From contig NC_082727.1 of NCBI RefSeq assembly GCF_030144855.1, positions 14,756,001-14,820,000 on the forward strand: DNA of 64,000 nucleotides, read 5' to 3'. The notes beneath the pieces were generated by a model that was not told the DNA's origin, searched no databases, and worked only from the letters and a program-made list of their open reading frames with translations. Below, one piece after another: positions 1-12,285 of this stretch. Numbering within the stretch: position 1 is the stretch's first letter; each line of letters starts with the position of its first letter. The stretch is from Hypanus sabinus (taxonomy: Eukaryota). A program made the translations under genes and the position numbers.

Positions 1-610
1 TAAATTCCCACTAATTTTGTTCTATTATATGGCGTCTCTTTGGTTTTTATGTTGGCTTTGACTTCTCTTGGTAGCCACTTTTGTGTTATCTTGCCTTTAG
101 AATATTTCTTCTTTGGGATGTATATTATCCTGTGCTTCATGAATTGTTCCTAGAAATTCCAGCCATTGCAGCTCTGCTGTCATCCCTACTAGTCACAAGC
201 AAGGAAACATTTACAGATGCTGGAAATCCAAGCAACACACTTAAAATGCTGGAGGAACCCAGCAGGCCAGGCAGCGTCTATGGAAAGGAGTACAGTCGAC
301 ATTTCGGGCCAAGACCCTTCATCTCCAATCCTGACTGTACTCTTTTACATAGATGCTGCCTGGCCTGTTGAGTTCCTCCAGCATTTTATGTGTGATCACT
401 GCTAGTGTTTCTTTCCAATCAATTTTGCCCAGTTCCTCTCTCGTGCCGCTGTAATTCCCTTTACTCCACAGTAGTACTGCTACATCTAACTTTAGCTTCT
501 CCTTCTCAAATTGCAGGGTGAATTCTATCATATTATGGTCATTGGCTCCTCATGGTTCCTTTACCTTAAGCTCTCCAAACAATTCTGTTTCATTACTTAT
601 CACCCAATTA
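1..610 (-). mobile_element. CR1 LINE ORF2 (endonuclease/linker) fragment interrupted by a Penelope-derived hairpin element
   Basis: MIEFTLQFEKEK...WSKGNYSGTREELGKIDW resembles the CR1 ORF2 at 23282-24151. Confidence 0.8.
194..398. mobile_element. Palindromic Penelope-pLTR-derived short element
   Basis: Inverted arms (aaaatgctggaggaac...gcgtctatg / catagatgctgcctggcctg..gagttcctccagcatttt). Candidate TSD ctactagt (186-193) / ctgctagt (399-406). Confidence 0.7.
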
Positions 611-619
611 GTTTATTTG

Positions 620-870
620 TTGGATGTGCATCAAAAATTTGAGATGTGTTATTTGCATCAATGATCAACGTTGTCCAAGGCCGAGCAAGCTTCCAGTCCA
701 TCGTTTACTAACTCCAACCTGTACGTCTTAGGAATGTGCGACCATTCGCCTGGCAGAAACCCCGGCTGTCATGAGGACAACATGCAAAGTCCTCACGGAC
801 AGAGCAGGAATTGAACCCTGATAGTTGGCACTGCAAAGAGTTGTGCTAAACACTGCACTACCATGCTACA
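620..870 (-). mobile_element. Degenerate tRNA-derived V-SINE (HE1-like)
   Basis: The reverse complement resembles the intact SINE at 31950-32238, including a B-box-like GGTTCAATTCC. Confidence 0.55.
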
Positions 871-1125
871 GCTGTTTAAGAAGGCAGCTTACCTCAACCT
901 TGGAGGGCAAGTAACAATGGAAAATAAAGGCTGGCTTTCTCAACCATGATCTCAGAAATGAAGTCAAAGTCGAGTTTCTTGTCATATGCCCTTACATGAA
1001 TGTACAGTTGCAGAGGAAAACTTACATGCAGCAGCATCACAAACACTTAGTCGTACCAGAGTCTAGTATGATGTACTCCTAGGAGACTGTCTATCAGTGG
1101 TTCCTGTAGAGGCCAATCTGGGATT

Positions 1126-2850
1126 CAGACAGACAGACTTTATTGATCCCAAGGGAAATTGGGTTTCATTACAGTCGCACCAACCAAGAATAGTGTAGAA
1201 ATATAAAACCATAAATAATTAAATAATAATAAGTTAATCATGCCAAGTGGAAATAAGTCCAGGACCAGCCTATTGGCTCAGGGTGTCTGACACTCCGAGG
1301 GAGGAGTTGTAAAGTTTGATGGCCACAGGCAGGAATGACTTCCTATGACGCTCAGTGTTACATCTCGGTGGAATGAGTTTCTGGCTGAACATACCCCTGT
1401 GCCTAACCAGTACATTATGGAGTGGATGGGAGTCAATGTCCAAGATGGCATGCAACTTGGACAGCATCCTCTTTTCAGACACCACCGTCAGAGAGTCCAG
1501 TTCCACCCCCACAACATCACTGGCCTTACGAATGAGTTTGTTGATTCTGTTGGTGTCTGCTACCCTCAGTCTGCTGCCCCAGCACACAACAGCAAACATG
1601 ATAACACTGGCCACCACAGACTCGTAGAACATCCTCAGCATCATTCAGCAGATGTTAAAGGACCTCAGTCTCCTCAGGAAGTAGAGACGGCTCTGACCCT
1701 TGTTGTAGACAGCCTCAGTGTTCTTTGACCAGTCCAGTTTATTGTCAATTCGTATCCCCAGGTATTTGTTATCCTCCACCATGTCCACACTGACCCCTTA
1801 GATGGAAACAGGGGTCACCGGTGCCTCAGCCCTCCTCAGGTCCATCACCAGCTCCTTAGTCTTTTTCACATTAAGCTGCAGATGATTCTGCTTGCACCAT
1901 GTGACAAAGTTTCCCACCGTAGCCCTGTACTCAGCCTCATCTCCTTTGCTGATGCATCCAACTATGGCAGAGTCATCAGAAAACTTCTGAAGATGGCAAG
2001 ACTCTGTGTTGTAGTTGAAGTCCGAGGTGTAGATGGTGAAGAGAAAGGGAGACAGGACAGTCCCCTGTGCAGCCCCAGTGCTGCTGACCACTCTGTCTGA
2101 CACACAGTGTTGCAAGCGCACGTACTGTGGTCTGCCAGTCAGGTAATCAATAATCCATGACACCAGGGAAGCATCCTCCTGCATCACTGTCAGCTTCTCA
2201 CCCAGCAGAGCAGGGCGGATGGTGTTGAACGCACTGGAGAAATCAAAAAACATGACCCTCACAGTGCTCGCCGGCTTGTCCAGGTGGGCGTAGACACGGT
2301 TCAGCAGGTAGATGAAGGCATCCTCAACTCCTAGTCTGAGCTGATAGGCGAACTGAAGGGGGTCTAAGTGTGGCCTAACCATAGGCCGGAGCTGCTCTAG
2401 AACAAGTCCCTCCAGGGTCTTCATGATGTGGGAGGTCAATGCCACCGGTCTGTAGTCATTGGAGCCACTGGGGAGCGGTGTATTTGGTACAGGAACGAGG
2501 CAGGACGTCTTCCACAGCACAGGAACCCTCTGGAGACTCAGGCTCAGATTGAAGACATGGTGAAGTACTCCACATAGCTGGGGGGCACAGGCTTTGAGCA
2601 TCCTGGGGCTGACACCATCTGGCCCTGCAGCCTTGCTTGGGTGGGGACGTTTCAGCTGTCTTCTCACCTGTTCAGCTGTGAAGCCCACCGTGGAGGTTTC
2701 AGGTGGGGGAGTGATGTAGTCACAAGAGCAGGGTGGGGGGCTGTGAAGAGGGGTAGGAGGGGAGAGTGGAGTATGTGTTGGTTGGGGGCTGATAACAGAT
2801 GAATCATGTGAGGGATGGGCAGGGTCCACAGTGTTAAATCTGTTGAAGAT
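1126..2850 (-). mobile_element. Rex1/Babar-clade non-LTR retrotransposon, 5'-truncated, RT nearly intact
   Basis: ORFs 1798-2829 and 1270-1644 share one frame and are broken by only two stops. RT motifs: KAAGPDG, YRPVALTS, FFDFSSAFNTI, QGTVLSPFLF, KFSDD. C-terminal SFLPVAIKLYN; the 3' UTR ends in a (CAGA)3 tail. Confidence 0.92.
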
Positions 2851-3629
2851 TACTTACTCTGGTGGCTGAGGTTAGTAAACTGTCTTTTGGTTTTACAGTC
2901 CCTCCTTTAGCAGCTGCCACTTGTTCCCTGAAACAGGCATAGAGCATTATATAAGCAGCATTCACAAGAAAACAGACATAAACTATACACAGTGTTACAA
3001 TAAAGAAGATAATAACGTTTCGGTGCAAAGTAATCAAGGTGGTCAGAGCATTGCTATTCTGCGGTAGTGATTACGGTTGTGCCAGCTGGTTCAAAAACTG
3101 AACGGTTGAACATAGAACACAGAAATCTTCAGCACAATACTGGCCCTTCGGCCCACTATGTTGTGCCGACCGTGTAACCTACTCCTGGCTGTGCTCGAAC
3201 CTGGCGATGTCGGGCTTCAGGCTTCTGTACCTGTTTGATTTTAAAGAGACAAATATGCATTGAGCGCAGGTTGCATCTCTTACTCTCTGGGGTGCTGGTA
3301 AAGATAAGTTGGAAAAATTAATTCCCTCTGAATGAGGATATGAGTCATTTGCTGTATAACTACCTGCAAATATGTGCGGACTCCCTGAAGTTTGCTGACA
3401 TCCGATCTTTGCTGCTGACACATCTCTAATCCCACTGCTACATTCTTCACCGTTTTCAAAAAGAGGCATAAGTAATGATAAGGCTGGATATAAAATTAAC
3501 CTTTGTCATTCAAAACTACTGTATCAATAGAAACTGAGCTGAGATCCCTGACAATGGTGTCTCCAGATTAACACCACTTGACAGGTTCGTAGTGGCGCTC
3601 AGGGCCCACACAAGTCAAACCAACCTGAG

Positions 3630-4510
3630 CCCTCTTGGTTTTGCCTCCCCTACCCTGACGAAAAGACTGTGATTATTCACCTGATCAATGCCCCTCATGA
3701 TGTGATAAGCATCTGTTAGATCATGCCTAATACAGGTTTATAAAATAATGGTATTAATAATAATAAATTGATGCTATATTATTAATGATTCATTTGTGGG
3801 TGTGGAAGGGGATGATGGGGGGTTTGGGGTTCAAGTGAGAGGATATCAAGAACATGAAAAAAATAGGAACAGGAATAGACTAGTTGCCCCTCAAGCCTGC
3901 CCCACCAGTTTAAGATGAACATGGCTGATACGTGCTGGTCTCAACCTCCATGCCAGTGTCCTATAATCATCGTTCAAATATTCTTTTATCTCCACCTTTG
4001 ATATACTTAATGATCTGGCCTCCACTACCCTCAGGGGCAGAGATTTACCATCCTGTGAGAGTTTGCTCCCTTCCCCTCTGTAGGTGCCGCCTTGACTTGC
4101 TGAGTTCCTCCAGCATTTTGTCTGTGTTGCTCAGGATTTCCAGCATCTGCTGAATTTTGTGTTGACATTCTGTGTGCATTGGTCCCAGTGGCCCAAGTCC
4201 CCTCCAAACCATTCCAACCCACCTACTTGTCCAAATGTCTTTTAAACATTGTAATTACACCCAACTCCACCAAATACCCTCTGAGTGAACAAGTTGCCCC
4301 TCTCCTTTAAATTCTTCCCCTCTTTCCTTAAACCTCTGCCCTCTTGGTTTTGCCTCCCCTACCCTGGCGAAAAGACTGTGATTATTCACCTGATCAATGC
4401 CCCTCATGATATGCTAAACATCTGTTAGATCACCCCTAATACAGGTTTATAAAATAATAATAAAATTAAAAAATTGATTATAATAAATTGATGCCATATT
4501 ATTAATCATT
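3630..4510. repeat. ~160-bp direct duplication (3630-3790 and 4339-4510) of a CR1 fragment/AT-rich junction
   Basis: Both copies read ccctcttggttttgcctcccctaccctg.cgaaaagactgtgattattcacctgatcaatgcccctcatgat...acaggtttataaaataat...aaattgatgc.atattattaat. Confidence 0.85.
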
Positions 4511-4800
4511 TGTTAACGTTATATTATTAACAATACATCGTATCAATACAGGGAAAACAGCCCCAGCCAATAGAGTCCCTCCTGATAACTCAAACCTCGC
4601 CAGTCTCGGCAGCATACTTGTGAATCTTCTCCACACCCTTTCCAGCTTAATTCAATTTCTAAGCTGCAAGATTCATTATTGTTTAATCTTATTTCCAGTA
4701 CACAAGTGTAAATGAGAATGAAATAATTGTTGCTCTGGATCAAGTAAAGAACACAATAATAATTTTAATAAGCCGCAATATACGTAAACACTTAAGAGAG

Positions 4801-4990
4801 TGTCAGGATTTTAGAGGAGGCCTGGCCCAAGCACAGAGCAGCGGAGACGATTCAGCAGTGAACGAAAACTTTAATAATAAGCTGCAAAGTAACGAGCCAC
4901 CGCGGGCCACAGAACAAAAGTGAACAAATACTAACCCCAACAAAGCAGAAAGGTAACCAGTGGCCAGGAACAACTGGTTGAGGCTGGCTG
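4801..4990 (-). mobile_element. Possible LTR 3' fragment
   Basis: Ends in ...TGACA on the minus strand with an ATTAAA upstream. No TSD or partner LTR found. Confidence 0.35.
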
Positions 4991-6905
4991 TGTGCCTATG
5001 AAAACTTGCTCTGCTTTCCCAAGCCAAAACCCATGGATGAACCAGGAGGTTCGTAGCCTGCTGAGGGCAAGCCCTGTAGCACTTAAGCCTGGCGATCCAG
5101 GTCTGCTTAAGAAAACCAGGTATGACTTGCGGAGGGCTATTTCAAGAGTAAAGAAACAATTCTGGGAGAGGTTGGACATGATATCGGATGCACATCAACT
5201 CTAGCAGGGTTTGCAGGCCATTACTTCCAACAAAGCAAAACCCAACATCATCAACGGCAGCGATGCTTCACTGCCAGACGAGCTCAATGCCTTTCATGCC
5301 CACTTCGAAAGGGAGAACATAACTACAGCTGTGAGGATCCCTGCTGCACCCGGTGACCCTGTGATCTCTGTCTCAGGGGCTGATGTCAGGCTGTCGTTCA
5401 GGAGGGTGAACCCTCACAAGACGGCAGGCCCCGATGAAGTACCTGGCAAGACTCTGAAAACTTGTACCAGCCAAAGACGCTTTCAATCTCTCACTGATAT
5501 GGTTGGAGGTCCCCCCCTGCTTCCAAAGGGCAACAATTATACCAGTGCCCCAGCAGAGTAGTGTGAGCTGCCTGAAGGACTATCATCCAGTAGCACTCAT
5601 ATCTACGGTGATGAAATGCTTTGAGAGGTTGGTCATAGCTAGAATCAACTTCTGCTTCAGCGAGGACGTAGACCCACTGCAGTTTGCCTATCGCCACAAT
5701 AGGTTTATGGCAGACACAATCTCAATGGCTCTTCACACAGCCTTACATCACCTGGACAATACAAACACCTACGTCAGGATGCTGTTCAATGACTGTAGCT
5801 CAGCGTCTAACATCATAATTCATTCAGTTCTGATCAGAGAGCTACAAGACCTGGGCCTCTGTACTCTGCAAATGGATCCTCGACTTCCTAACCAGAAGAC
5901 CACAATCTGTGCGGATTGGCAGTAACATCTCCTCCTCACTGACGATCAACACTGTCGCCCCTCAGGGGTGTGTGCTCAGCCCCTGCTCTACTCTCTCCAC
6001 AGCCATGACTGTGTGGCTAGGCATAGCTCAAATACCATCTATACATTTGCTGATGACACAACCATTATTGGTAGAATCTCAGATGGAGACAGATTTGCCA
6101 GCTTGTGGAGTGGTGTCACAGCAACAGCCTAGCACTCAACGTCAGTAAGATAGTGGACTCCTGAAGGTGTAGAACGAGGGAACACAAACCAATCCTCATA
6201 GAGGGATCAAAAGTGGAAAGAGTGAGCAGGTTCCTGGGTGTCAAAATCTCTGCAGATCTCACCCGGTCCCAACATATCAATGCGGCTATAAAGAAGGCAG
6301 CTCAGTGGGTATATTTCATTAGGAGTTTGAGGAGATTTGGTTTGTCACCTAAAACACTTGAAACTTCTATAGATGTACTGCGAAGAGCATTCTGACAGGA
6401 AGCATCACTGTCTGAAATGGTGGGGAGGGGGGGCTGCTATTGCACAGGATGGTAAGCTACAGAAAGTTGCAAAATTAGTCAGCTCCAATATGGGTACTAG
6501 CCTCTGTAGTATCCAAGACGTCTTTGAGGAGCGCTGCCTCAGAAAGGCAGCACCTATTATTAAGGACCCCCATCACCCAGGATGTGCCCTCTTCTCATTG
6601 TTACCGTCGGGAAGGAGGTACAGAAGCCTGAGGGCTCCCACTTAGTGATCCAGAAACGGTTTCTTCCCCTCTGTTATCTGACTCCTGAATGGACATTGAA
6701 CCAATGAACACTACCTCACTTTTTAAAATTATTTCTGTTTTTTTCCCTCAATTTTTAATTTAACTATTTAACTTACACATATATACCTTGTGTAAGTGAT
6801 TTTGTTTATTTTTTCTATATTACCATGTATTGCGTTGTAATGCTGCCACTAAGTTAACAAATTTCACGACATACGCTGATGATATTAAACCTGATTCTGA
6901 ATCTG
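4990..6905 (+). mobile_element. Degraded Rex1/Babar-like LINE (RT and 3' end)
   Basis: Frameshifted fragments: [61 protein letters not shown] (tttgctgatgac ~6046), IIKDPHHPG...LPSGRRYRSL. Tail aaacctgattctga. Confidence 0.88.
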
Positions 6906-7719
6906 GTTGAAGTGAGTGAATAAGGACTGTGGAAGAGAGCTGGGTTTAAGTAAGATGTTGGAAACAAATGTCAAGTGACTCCTGTTAGCTGAGTGGAGAC
7001 TGGTAGGTGCCTGCTTGTGTAGGCCTGACATACAGCTTACATACGTAGATTGATTGCATGTCCATAAAGTGCACAGGAGTGACTGAGCTCTTGGGAGTGG
7101 GACAAACAGTCCATGGGCAGGTTGTGTGGGATTCTTCATGATGTTAGTGGCACTTTTCCAGCACCTTTCTGTATATGAGTCCTTGATGGCGGGTAGGCAG
7201 GTGACAGTGATGCGTTGGGTAGTTCTGACTACCCATTGCAGAGACTTCCTGCCTGCTGCAAAGCAGTTTCTTCCTCCTCCCAAGATCTGGGTGCCAACCG
7301 CATCCAGTCTCGCCTTGGTAGAGACTTTCAGCCAGTAAACAAATTGTCTGTCACCCCATCACATTGGGCTGCAGAGAAAATGATTTTATGGGCTCAATGA
7401 CAAAGCGGGATTCATTGATTTGAGTCTATAAATCAGGCTAACACCCCAGAGCAGTACAGCACAGAGGAAGAGAACTTCTTCCAATTCCAGTTCTCCCAAG
7501 GGTGACATGATGGTATAACAGACAGTGTTACACTTGCCAATGACAGAAATTGCTGCTACTGTCTGTAAGGAGTTTGTTCACTCTCCGCAGGACTGTGTGG
7601 GTTTCCTCTGGGTGCTCTGGTTTCCTCCCACATTCCGAAGATGTACCAGTTAGGGTTAGTAAGTTGTAGACATGCCACGCTGGTGCCAGAAACATGGCGA
7701 CATGTCCAAGATGTTGGTG

Positions 7720-8250
7720 AGGCCTAATTTGGTGTATTGTATGCAATTCTGCTCACCTGCCTTGAGGAAAGACATCAAATAGATTGAAAGAGTCCAGAGA
7801 AAAACTGCAAGGATATTGGTTGAACTTAAGGCACTGAGTTTTAGGGAAAGCTTCAATAGGGTAGGACTTTATTCCCTAAAGTGTAAGGGAATGAAAGGAG
7901 GTTTGATAGAGATGTACAAAATTATAAGGAAGATACATGGTGTAAGTGCAAGCAGGCTTTTTCCACTGAGACGAGGAGAGGTCATGGGTTAAGGGTGAAA
8001 GGCGAAATGTTTAAGGGGATCATGAGGGGGACCTTCTTCACTCAGAGGGTGGTGATAGTGTGGAACAAGCTGCCAACAGAAGTGGTGGATGCAGGCTTGA
8101 TTTCATCAATTATGAAAAGTTTGGACGTCCATGGATGGGAGGAGTATGGAGATCCAGCTGTGGGTTGATGGGACATGGGAGAGTAACAGTTTGGTATGAA
8201 CTAGATGGGCTGAAGGGCCTGTTTCTATGCTGTAGTGCTCTATGACTCTA
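7720..8250 (+). mobile_element. CR1 3' fragment inserted into a V-SINE (SINE parts ~7500-7720 and ~8255-8360)
   Basis: CR1 3' motifs (ttcactcagagggtggtg, gggctgaagggcctgtttct, ctctatgactctatga tail). The SINE V-domain gggtttcctctgggtgctctggtttcctcccaca lies upstream. Confidence 0.75.
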
Positions 8251-8689
8251 TGATATTTGTGGCCTGCCCCCAGCACATCCTCGGACAGTGTTATTCATTG
8301 ACGTGATTGTCACATGTTGTATGTTTGAATGTAAGTTTGACAAATAAAACTAATCTTTTTTAAAAATCTAAAATTAGACATGAACAGTCTTGGGTCAAAA
8401 CTAAACACTCCTTTCTACTCTTTCTAAAAAGGGTAGGCCACTCTTCACAAGACAATTCCTTGATGAACATCACTAACAGCTTGGTCATTATCACATAATC
8501 GTTCAAGGTGAGTTACTTGGATATTGTCTGCAATGATATTAAGGTACTGTGAGGTCGCTGGAGACAATTTAGGCAAACAGCTTGATCCCTAATTCTCACT
8601 GAAAGCTGGTGCTCAGTTTTAAAATATACAGCAACTCATTAATGCATGGAATTCTTGCCAATCAACTGCAGGAGATTAGTAACATAACA

Positions 8690-9135
8690 GATTTTGCAGA
8701 TGTTGGAAATCCAGAGCAACACACACAAAATTGCTGAAGGAATTCAGGAGGTCAGGCAGCATCTATGGAAGGGAATAAACAGTCAACATTTCGGGCTGAG
8801 ATGCACTGTCAAGACTGGAAAGGAAAGGGGTGGAGAAGCCAGAACGTGAAGGTGGTGGCAGGGAGGAGGCATACAAGCTGGCAGGTGATGTGAACCCAGG
8901 TGAGGAGGAAGGTAAGGTGGCTGGGGGAGAGGGGAATGAAAGAAGCTGGGAGATGATAGATCGAAGAGGTAAAGGGTTGAAGACGAAGGAATCTGATAGG
9001 AGAGCAGACAGTGGGCCATGGAAGAAAGGAATCGAGGGGGAGAATCAAAGAGAGGAGACGGACAGGTGAGGGGAAGAGGTGTATTGTACCCTGTGCTCCT
9101 GATGTGGCCTAATCTACATCAGTGAGACTCAGCTC
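8690..9135 (-). mobile_element. Penelope-like element 3'/pLTR fragment
   Basis: Same pLTR sequence and purine-rich tract as 43245-43560. Confidence 0.7.
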
Positions 9136-10104
9136 TGAAGGGTCTCTGCCAGAAACGATTTATAGTAATTTAATATTATTTTGAAGGGAAGTATAATCTG
9201 AGCACTGTTAACTTTGGGAATACTGCATCCCAGTGAAGTGTGGGATGTTTAGTTACTGAGCAAGGTCAACAAAGACACAGAGAGTGTCCCTGTGTTCAGA
9301 GAGGCTGTGAATCAGAGGATAGAACAGCAGGCAGAGGATGTAATACCCACATTGAGAGCTGGATGAGCAGCTGCGATCATTCTGAATGATAAAACAGATT
9401 CCTTTTCTTCCATGGAATATAGAACATTACAGCAGAGTATGGACTCTTCAGCCCAAAATGTTGTGTTGACACTTTAAACTACTCTAAGATCAATCTAACC
9501 CTTCCCTCCCACATAGGCTATTTTTTTCCTTCATCCAAGTACTTAAATCTAAGTCTCTTAAATTTCCATAATGTATGTGCCTCTGTCACCACTCTTAGCA
9601 ATATGTTCCACACTCCCTTTCTGTGTCAAAAAACCTACCTCTGACATTCCCTCCATTCTTTTCTCCAATCACCTCAAAGTTGTGACCCTTAAATTAGCCA
9701 CTTCCGCCCTGGAAAAAAAGAGTCTCTGTCCACTCTATCTGTGCCTCTTATCACCTTGTACACCTCAATCAAGTCACATTTCATTATCTTTCACTCCAAA
9801 AAGAAAAAAGCCCTTCTTTGCATCTTCGGTCCTGTGGGTTGGCACGTCTTATGGCCACATTAAATTTCCCTTAGTGTCGAGATAAGGGGTAAAATCCACG
9901 GAGTTGATATGAATATGTGGAGAATTTATTACTAGAGTTCCAGTGATCCAGGCTATTTCTGCTGGTGTCCGTAAGGATTTTGTACCTTCTCCCTGTGACT
10001 GCTTGTGGGTTTCCTCCACATTCCAATGATGTACTGGTTAGTAGGTTAATTGGTGACATGGCTGTAATTGAGTGGCTTGGGCTCATTCAGATAGGATTAC
10101 AGTC

Positions 10105-10575
10105 GTACAGTATGGAAGCAAGACCTTAAGCTGGAAGAGTCCATGCCAACCAAGATGTCCATCTAGCCTCTTCCCATTTGTCCACATTTGGCCCATATCC
10201 CATTTGAACCTTTCCTATCCACATACTTGTTCAAGTTTCTTCCCAATATCGTTAATGCACCTGAATCCTCCACTTCCTCTGGCCTCTTGTTCCATCTACA
10301 TTCCACCCTCCTGGTGAAAAAGGTGCCCCTCAGGTTCATATTAATTCTCTCCCCTTTCACCTTAAACCTGTGCCCTCTGGTTTGTGATTCCCCAAACCCT
10401 GGGAAAAAGCACACTCACGCCCATGATTTAATATGCCTGTATAAGATCATCCCTCATTCTCCTCCGCTCTAAGGAATAAGGTCCTAGCCTGTCCAATCTC
10501 TCCCTATAACTCGGGCCCTCAAGTCCTGGCAACATCCTCAAGAATCTTTTCTAAATCCTTTCCAGCTTACCAAAC
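10105..10575 (-). mobile_element. CR1 3' fragment
   Basis: TRGHRFKVKG...NLRGTFFTRRV is the CR1 ORF2 C-terminus. Confidence 0.8.
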
Positions 10576-10809
10576 TCTACAGATGAGGTCATAAGGGCAA
10601 CCTACAGAGGAAGCTGATTGCTGAATCACAGGAAAATATTTAGTGCAAATCCCTAAATCTTAAATTTGGAAACAGTAATTTCTGGGCTGTCACCATGAAG
10701 GAGTATTTCAATCCATCTGTGCATTTTCACAGCTTAAAACTATAATTGAAACAAATAAGCCACAGCTATCACAACTCTCAACTGTAAACAGTGAGTGTGT
10801 AACTCTGTG

Positions 10810-11305
10810 TAGATACTTGAGTACGATGCTGTCCTAAGGGTTTGTCTACTGCTGGGTCCCCAGGTGGCTGATCCAGGATCCACATATTCTCAGGTACTTC
10901 CAGATTGCCTCAGGACTTAGTCCAGAATGTTAGGGTGGACGCCCTTACTGGAGGATGCCTGCATGTGACTTTGTTTAACATGGGGAAGTTGAAGCACAGG
11001 CAACCATCATGCAGACCTTGACAGATTGGGGTCAGGGTCCAGTGGTAGGGAGTCCAATACATCAGGGGACCCTTCATTACTGCAGCTTTCCTCTGCTTTC
11101 AACGCTGCTCTACCTTCTACCAGCTCCACCACTGAGGTCTTGGTTGGACCACTTTTTGCCTGGAACCTCCCCCTTGACCTTACCACCAGGGTGACCCTAC
11201 CAGGAGCTAAGTACCAGGTGGATAAGCGGCAAACGGCATCGCCCTCGGGATCTCAGGAACTCACAAGCCCCTCTACCATGACAAGCGATGAACCTTGGAG
11301 CAGAC
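10810..11305 (-). mobile_element. Short bipartite RTE-derived non-autonomous element
   Basis: Homologous to 56665-57165. The minus strand starts with an RTE-type 5' UTR (cttgtcatggtagaggggcttgtg...ctcctggtagggtcaccc...ggtaaggtcaaggggg) and ends in an RTE-like 3' end. Confidence 0.6.
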
Positions 11306-11389
11306 TGGAAATATGTAGCTGCCTTGCCTGTGGGTGAAATCAGAGAACAGGATAGGAAGAACTGGGTCGGTAAGAGGTGACACAGGAAT

Positions 11390-11622
11390 ATAAAAACACA
11401 AAATGCTGGCAGAACTCAGCGGGCCAGACAGCATCTATGGGAGGAGGTAGTGACGACGTTTCAGGCCGAAACCCTTCATCAGGGTTTCATCATGACTCCT
11501 GATGAAGGGTTTCGGCCCAAAACGCCGTCACTGCCTCCTCCCTTAGATGCTGTCTGGCCTGCTGAGTTCTGCCAGCATTTTGTGTTTTTATTTATTTCCA
11601 GCACCTGCAGATTCACTCGTGT
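11390..11622. mobile_element. Palindromic Penelope-pLTR-derived element with TSD
   Basis: 94-bp inverted arms (11390-11483 / 11498-11591, 6 mismatches, 14-bp spacer). 16-bp TSD tgacacaggaatataa (11378-11393) / tgacatgggaatataa (11623-11638). Confidence 0.85.
11452..11483 (-). ncRNA. Minimal hammerhead ribozyme core (Penelope-type)
   Basis: The minus strand reads CCUGAUGA-AGGGUUUCGGCCU-GAAAC-GUC. It has intact CUGANGA and GAAA boxes, an AGG/CCU stem II, a GUC cleavage triplet and the palindromic ACGU of minimal dimeric Penelope hammerheads. Confidence 0.6.
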
Positions 11623-11759
11623 TGACATGGGAATATAACACTGCCTGCTGAACTGCAGATCATAACTGATAACACAATCTTAAACTCAGCAAAACAATCC
11701 CGCAAGATGGAGCCATACCTGGAGATATCCTATAACCCAATGTCCTGCCAAGGAGACAC

Positions 11760-12215
11760 GTGCGAGATGTATGGTGGAGAGCCCTTCGACTGGTTGCATC
11801 ACAGCCTTGTATGAAGACTCCAATGCAGTTCATTGCAGGAGGTTGCAGAAGGCTGTAGACTCAAACAGGTCCATCATGGGCCCAGCCCTCCAACCATCAA
11901 GGACATCATCAAAAGAAACTGCCTCGAGAAGGTGACATCCACCACAAAGGACCTCGTCATCTAGGACGTGTCTTCTTCTCATTATTGCAATCAGGGAGGA
12001 GGTACAAGAGACTGAATCCCCACACCAAATGCTTTAGAACAGCTTCTTCCTCTCCACCAGCAAACTTCTGAACGGTCCATGAACACTGCCTCATTATCCC
12101 TTTCCCACACTGTTTTATTTTTGCAATGTCTTTGATATCTATGTCTTTGCACTGCACGACTGCCACGAAACAAAAACATTTCACAACATATATTGGTGAG
12201 AATGTGATTCTGAGG
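11760..12215 (+). mobile_element. Rex1-like LINE 3' fragment
   Basis: Homologous to the KDPHHPG..LPSGRRY 3' region, with a gattctga tail. Confidence 0.65.
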
Positions 12216-12285
12216 TGGAAGAAAGGACAAGCAGGGAGGCATGAATCCCAGAGCCTGGAGACCTGGAAGCTGCAGACAAAGAAAC

